Of a stretch of 37,036 bases of DNA, positions 35,701 to 37,036 are shown in pieces (positions within the stretch are counted from its first letter, which is position 1; the number at the start of each line of letters is the position of its first letter). The notes below the pieces were generated by a model. It made no database searches. It was given only the letters and a program-made list of their open reading frames with translations, and was not told the origin of the DNA. Both the position numbers and the translations under genes were made by a program. The stretch comes from a virus (taxonomy: Duplodnaviria > Caudoviricetes): positions 1 to 37,036 of IMG/VR virus record IMGVR_UViG_3300005077_000056; one strand, written 5' to 3'.

Positions 35701-36827
35701 CCCACATCGAGAACCTGCGGCTGCAGGAGAAGGTCGCCAGGATGGGCAAGTTCATCCTGCCCGGCGGCAGAATCCAGCCGGGGGTGGCGTTCAAGGACGG
35801 CACGCGGCTGGCCGACGCCTCCCTGATCTCCGATGAAGACGCCAAAGACGCGGCTTTTTCGGTCAAGCCGTCCGACAAATACCAGGTCGGCAAACAAGCC
35901 GGGCCCGCGGTGTATGTGCATCGCCACTACGAAAGCCTGCTGCCCAAGGTGGACGAGGCGAAGCGCTACATCGGCAGGTGGCAATACGAGGTGGTCAAGC
36001 ACAACGCCGAAACCGGCAACTTTTCATTCATTCAATCCCCGGACTTCGACACGGCAGACGAGCCCATCGTCGGCGACGCCCTGCTGGTGAGGCCGGACGG
36101 CAGCACGAAGATCATCCGGCAAGCGGACGACCCGTGGATCTACCACCACAAATGGATGATGGTCGACGAGAGCTACGAGGGCTTCAGCTATCACGATTCC
36201 CGGCTGCGCAGCGAGGCGTGGGACGGCTTGTCAGGAGTGGACCGCACCCGCATCGGCAAGAAGTCCTACTGGGAAAAACACATCGCCTCCAGGATCCCCC
36301 CGGTGGAGTCCATTCGCCTGCAAAAACAGCTGTTCGCCAACGGGGAGGTCGCGGCCGCCAACCGAACCGCCAGGAGCGGAGGAGCCGTGGGCGAGAACGC
36401 CATCGTCATCCGCACGGTGCTGCAGATGGCGAAAGACGACCCCTCCCTGCTGGAGGAGGGCGTGCTGGATTTCGGCGCCGGCGTGCCCGATTCGACCGGC
36501 AAGCTGCGCCATGTCGAAAAGCTCAAGGCGGCCGGGTTCACCGAGGTGGCCGCCCATGAATTCGGGAAAAACTTCGATGCGCGGGTCCACGATCAGACCG
36601 CCCTGCAGCGCCAGCACCGGCTGGTGTACGCCTCCAACGTCCTGAACGTCCAAAGCTCCCTGGACATGTTCGACGCGACCCTCAAGCAACTGGTCGACGC
36701 CACCGCGGACGAGAACGGCCGGCTGGTGGTCAACGCCGGCGTCCAACAAGCGCGACGTCCGCTACAGCATCAAGTTCCGGGCAGACCGAATCGTCATGGA
36801 AGACCGCCAATTCCGGCTGTGGTTTGA
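29739..36827 (+). CDS. Giant polyvalent virion protein (metallopeptidase, GGDEF, PRTase, gp88-like Fe-S, methyltransferase)
   Basis: HESFH 31596-31610; DLDNF..YND..GH..GD and GGEEL 32460-32474; YVLVDDAVTMGGT from 33237; TCHPTEECVVCYA near 34617 and IRLQGSGD; DFGAG 36468-36482. Start set at ATG 29739; the last 30 or so codons are probably out of frame. Confidence 0.88.
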   Translation: MPNILDYYGFKFEDDEPEVPSEPQAPAAQPSRNVLDYYGFQLDDPDFDPEGGDYDYKSANQYGITPDETGHYPSRNPVTGQILKGRAHPTWALTEQTELDSGYEIFQGEDGKYYSRKNVMAGPKFEPATVLDLYGFKFEDDPNRQMVRRNLPEKLLHMGKRINMALPQVVRGLAVYEQARAMQHRKLMLEEVLGPNATEEMRERVMRESQQDYERAKRVEATVPDIPEKAFEGGVMGVIEDALVGLAQFAPVMAVTPFSPGASYFITTAMIAGDKYRELKQEGKSDDVAWKASNMSGLLQAGAEVAGNAVQLSQLGKILNVTLKEPGKIVAKKMAVPLTRRVVDGIWKNAATEGIEEIQQKMLDVIPSVWANDPSVQDDVGRWADEVLTAWKDPKFIKEALYEGLVGAVGGAILPVGAGMVQLPFEKTRAKRGGDIAEAAFGKDVSGKLNDAAKVLVNEAAHGRIDRDGAERLANELQAAGAEQSPILQDLNRLLAGEPIENLPVRAEEIVGEEAAAAPAAIGEEAAISVEGQGGEIEGVSETFAGMLTPEDAGAIVEAESTPERQGIQRIAAALGLKVTFYKAPTQSTADNVNGFYHKERGRVYINETAVNPALVVLGHESFHRLEREDPELFKRVIDLTQQTAANFDQYVEGLNKDRRAAGLREFDITKEDDRRQLVAEFGADIVGQQFADPKFWRRLNKIDPTMAQRIAQVVSDIIEALKRVFRRQNLVAPAELERVQEEIAKVYGERVVRAERRRVERRKKKVPVAEERRKAERRMPETKQETETLLEMEAEELARRLGHARAEGAPTDAIYEDHIETQKQLIRGLAQAAFVDPQMGIKSKIPWLRLKALESEMPVEQRKWKVFFDLDNFSWYNDVLGHNIGDKIIEVVGKVFQMHAVDPYRIGGEELVDVLDTREQAERVAKKIRNIIENHLYLQANIHESVTTKDNVFYKGGDVYISHGIGVSYGIDQDIDNADKKLLAEKKRREKEGLRSPKGAIPVRVRKRPAPAEAGFRPEILPSNLGEIANLSVKNVKPWPEDFPLVQTLTSVAWMRAHPLYQDAKNGDVGAALEIGEEIIGRKPDLARQLAESYPEALLVPVVAEEAQGRNAIPLGMAFALEQATGLPIHEGIVQVNLTGHTGASAIHRFLSRAVFSGPVETGREYVLVDDAVTMGGTLSSLRHYIENEGGIVRAVVTAGAAKDSTQLAPRAATLQKLEEKHGIKTTEKILQQLGITGRAHALTEGEINWILSFANLDNLRSRLVEEIRERGAQADAELAEAERQRLKRKRKAVVPLPARPVPAPVKAPSLEAMVTDRIVSAYARNYADAPGFVRTLRRGIGQKAWESMSREEQIAEARQYVEADIEQAKREIGDRNPVDYLMDRALDPLDPANEFYAEILRRQGARVVAGEAVELSEGLRDMLALTAEPVELLDASTDERFKAWVAQQEKTRDPERHRRMVESFGPDILPIGQAGDPEVVASVKEREWTVDFNQTAFGIVNNRISRELDVFEQLFGPSKLVQEFPGKEVEGKRPLTRSITPYHLLQEIYRVIDEGQVREILNRSIDPMELAKSRGFKGEQAANFVKKVKMMRTGSLYMPSEEKGGELLSENAKAGASADFLLATCHPTEECVVCYAARTMIRQTPIEKAFRNTFHILVDPIGWAERVAAEVSRAGGVGVHSKVALPFIRLQGSGDLTTTEQLAAYNHLAKLTDRPIQIFSRHHDMLRQLKGTQNAPFLKMGSVDMMLFEHLGIDYLIANQHKHGIANAYLVFDPTTDNPIITELSKARALGLTLSVRPKYHDMIEDLAARQRGCPCDAQERAMYSSCRQCAGSNAGCFTAFAEMVTTKTGRLVYANDPKRPRGTKPVLRFLAGVPERAGFDADTQLWMETAVRVIRQGIKHAQLNIRNFTGPVIRDTQGPNIGKINPKKVKKWQAAYKAGELADHIIVKDVRWENSTEKIDPIEDLKDLDSYDKRINSSAVKMARAHIENLRLQEKVARMGKFILPGGRIQPGVAFKDGTRLADASLISDEDAKDAAFSVKPSDKYQVGKQAGPAVYVHRHYESLLPKVDEAKRYIGRWQYEVVKHNAETGNFSFIQSPDFDTADEPIVGDALLVRPDGSTKIIRQADDPWIYHHKWMMVDESYEGFSYHDSRLRSEAWDGLSGVDRTRIGKKSYWEKHIASRIPPVESIRLQKQLFANGEVAAANRTARSGGAVGENAIVIRTVLQMAKDDPSLLEEGVLDFGAGVPDSTGKLRHVEKLKAAGFTEVAAHEFGKNFDARVHDQTALQRQHRLVYASNVLNVQSSLDMFDATLKQLVDATADENGRLVVNAGVQQARRPLQHQVPGRPNRHGRPPIPAVV

Positions 36828-37036
36828 AGATTCAAAAGTCGTGAACCAAAACGGCACACCGAAGATCGTTTACCACGGCACGAGCTACGACGTCGAGGAG
36901 TTCGGCGGCCGCCACGCCCCCGCGGACCTGCCCAGGCTCGGGTGGCATTACTTTACCGAGAACGCCAAGATGGCAGAAAAATTCTCGGTTAGCGGAGAGC
37001 CGCTGCCCAAAACCTACGACGGCCGCCGGCGCCCGG
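36736..37036 (+). CDS. ADP-ribosyltransferase-like (ART-PolyVal-type) domain in the +1 frame, 3'-truncated
   Basis: Manual translation PASNKRDVRYSIK...FRLWFEDSKVVNQNGTPKIVYHGT...GWHYFTENAKMAEKF; frame open from 36646 to window end. Confidence 0.8.

Noticed and set aside
1-37036. tRNA, rRNA, integrase, att site or IS element
   Set aside because: No cloverleaf/T-loop signature, recombinase or transposase motifs recognised by eye; temperate versus lytic lifestyle cannot be determined from this window.

Overview
About 37 kb of a GC-rich (roughly 60% by eye) tailed dsDNA phage or prophage, with every credible gene on the + strand. Gene order: small early-type ORFs; a replication initiator containing a phased iteron array (likely origin); DnaB helicase; a conserved phage gene pair; a promoter-driven cluster of small accessory genes (zinc-binding, membrane, MazG-like); terminase small and large subunits; portal; epsilon15 gp10-like staple; scaffold; major capsid; a sulfotransferase-like gene inside the head module; adaptor and nozzle; DUF2341/LamG and SPRY-type receptor-binding proteins; a Cys-rich protein; two probable ejection proteins; and a giant (>2,360 aa) polyvalent protein. 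No tape measure or tail tube gene is seen, so podovirus morphology is inferred. The giant protein carries HExxH metallopeptidase, GGDEF (GGEEL), phosphoribosyltransferase, gp88-like Fe-S/radical-SAM-related and phosphorothioation-associated-type methyltransferase modules. After a frame break near 36735 it continues into an ADP-ribosyltransferase-like domain cut by the window end. The most striking non-coding signal is a start-associated repeat (GGGAGACACGCCATG) at four accessory genes whose complement lies in the structured leader upstream of the same cluster. No integrase, endolysin, tRNA, rRNA or CRISPR array was recognised. All family assignments come from motif recognition by eye, not database searches.
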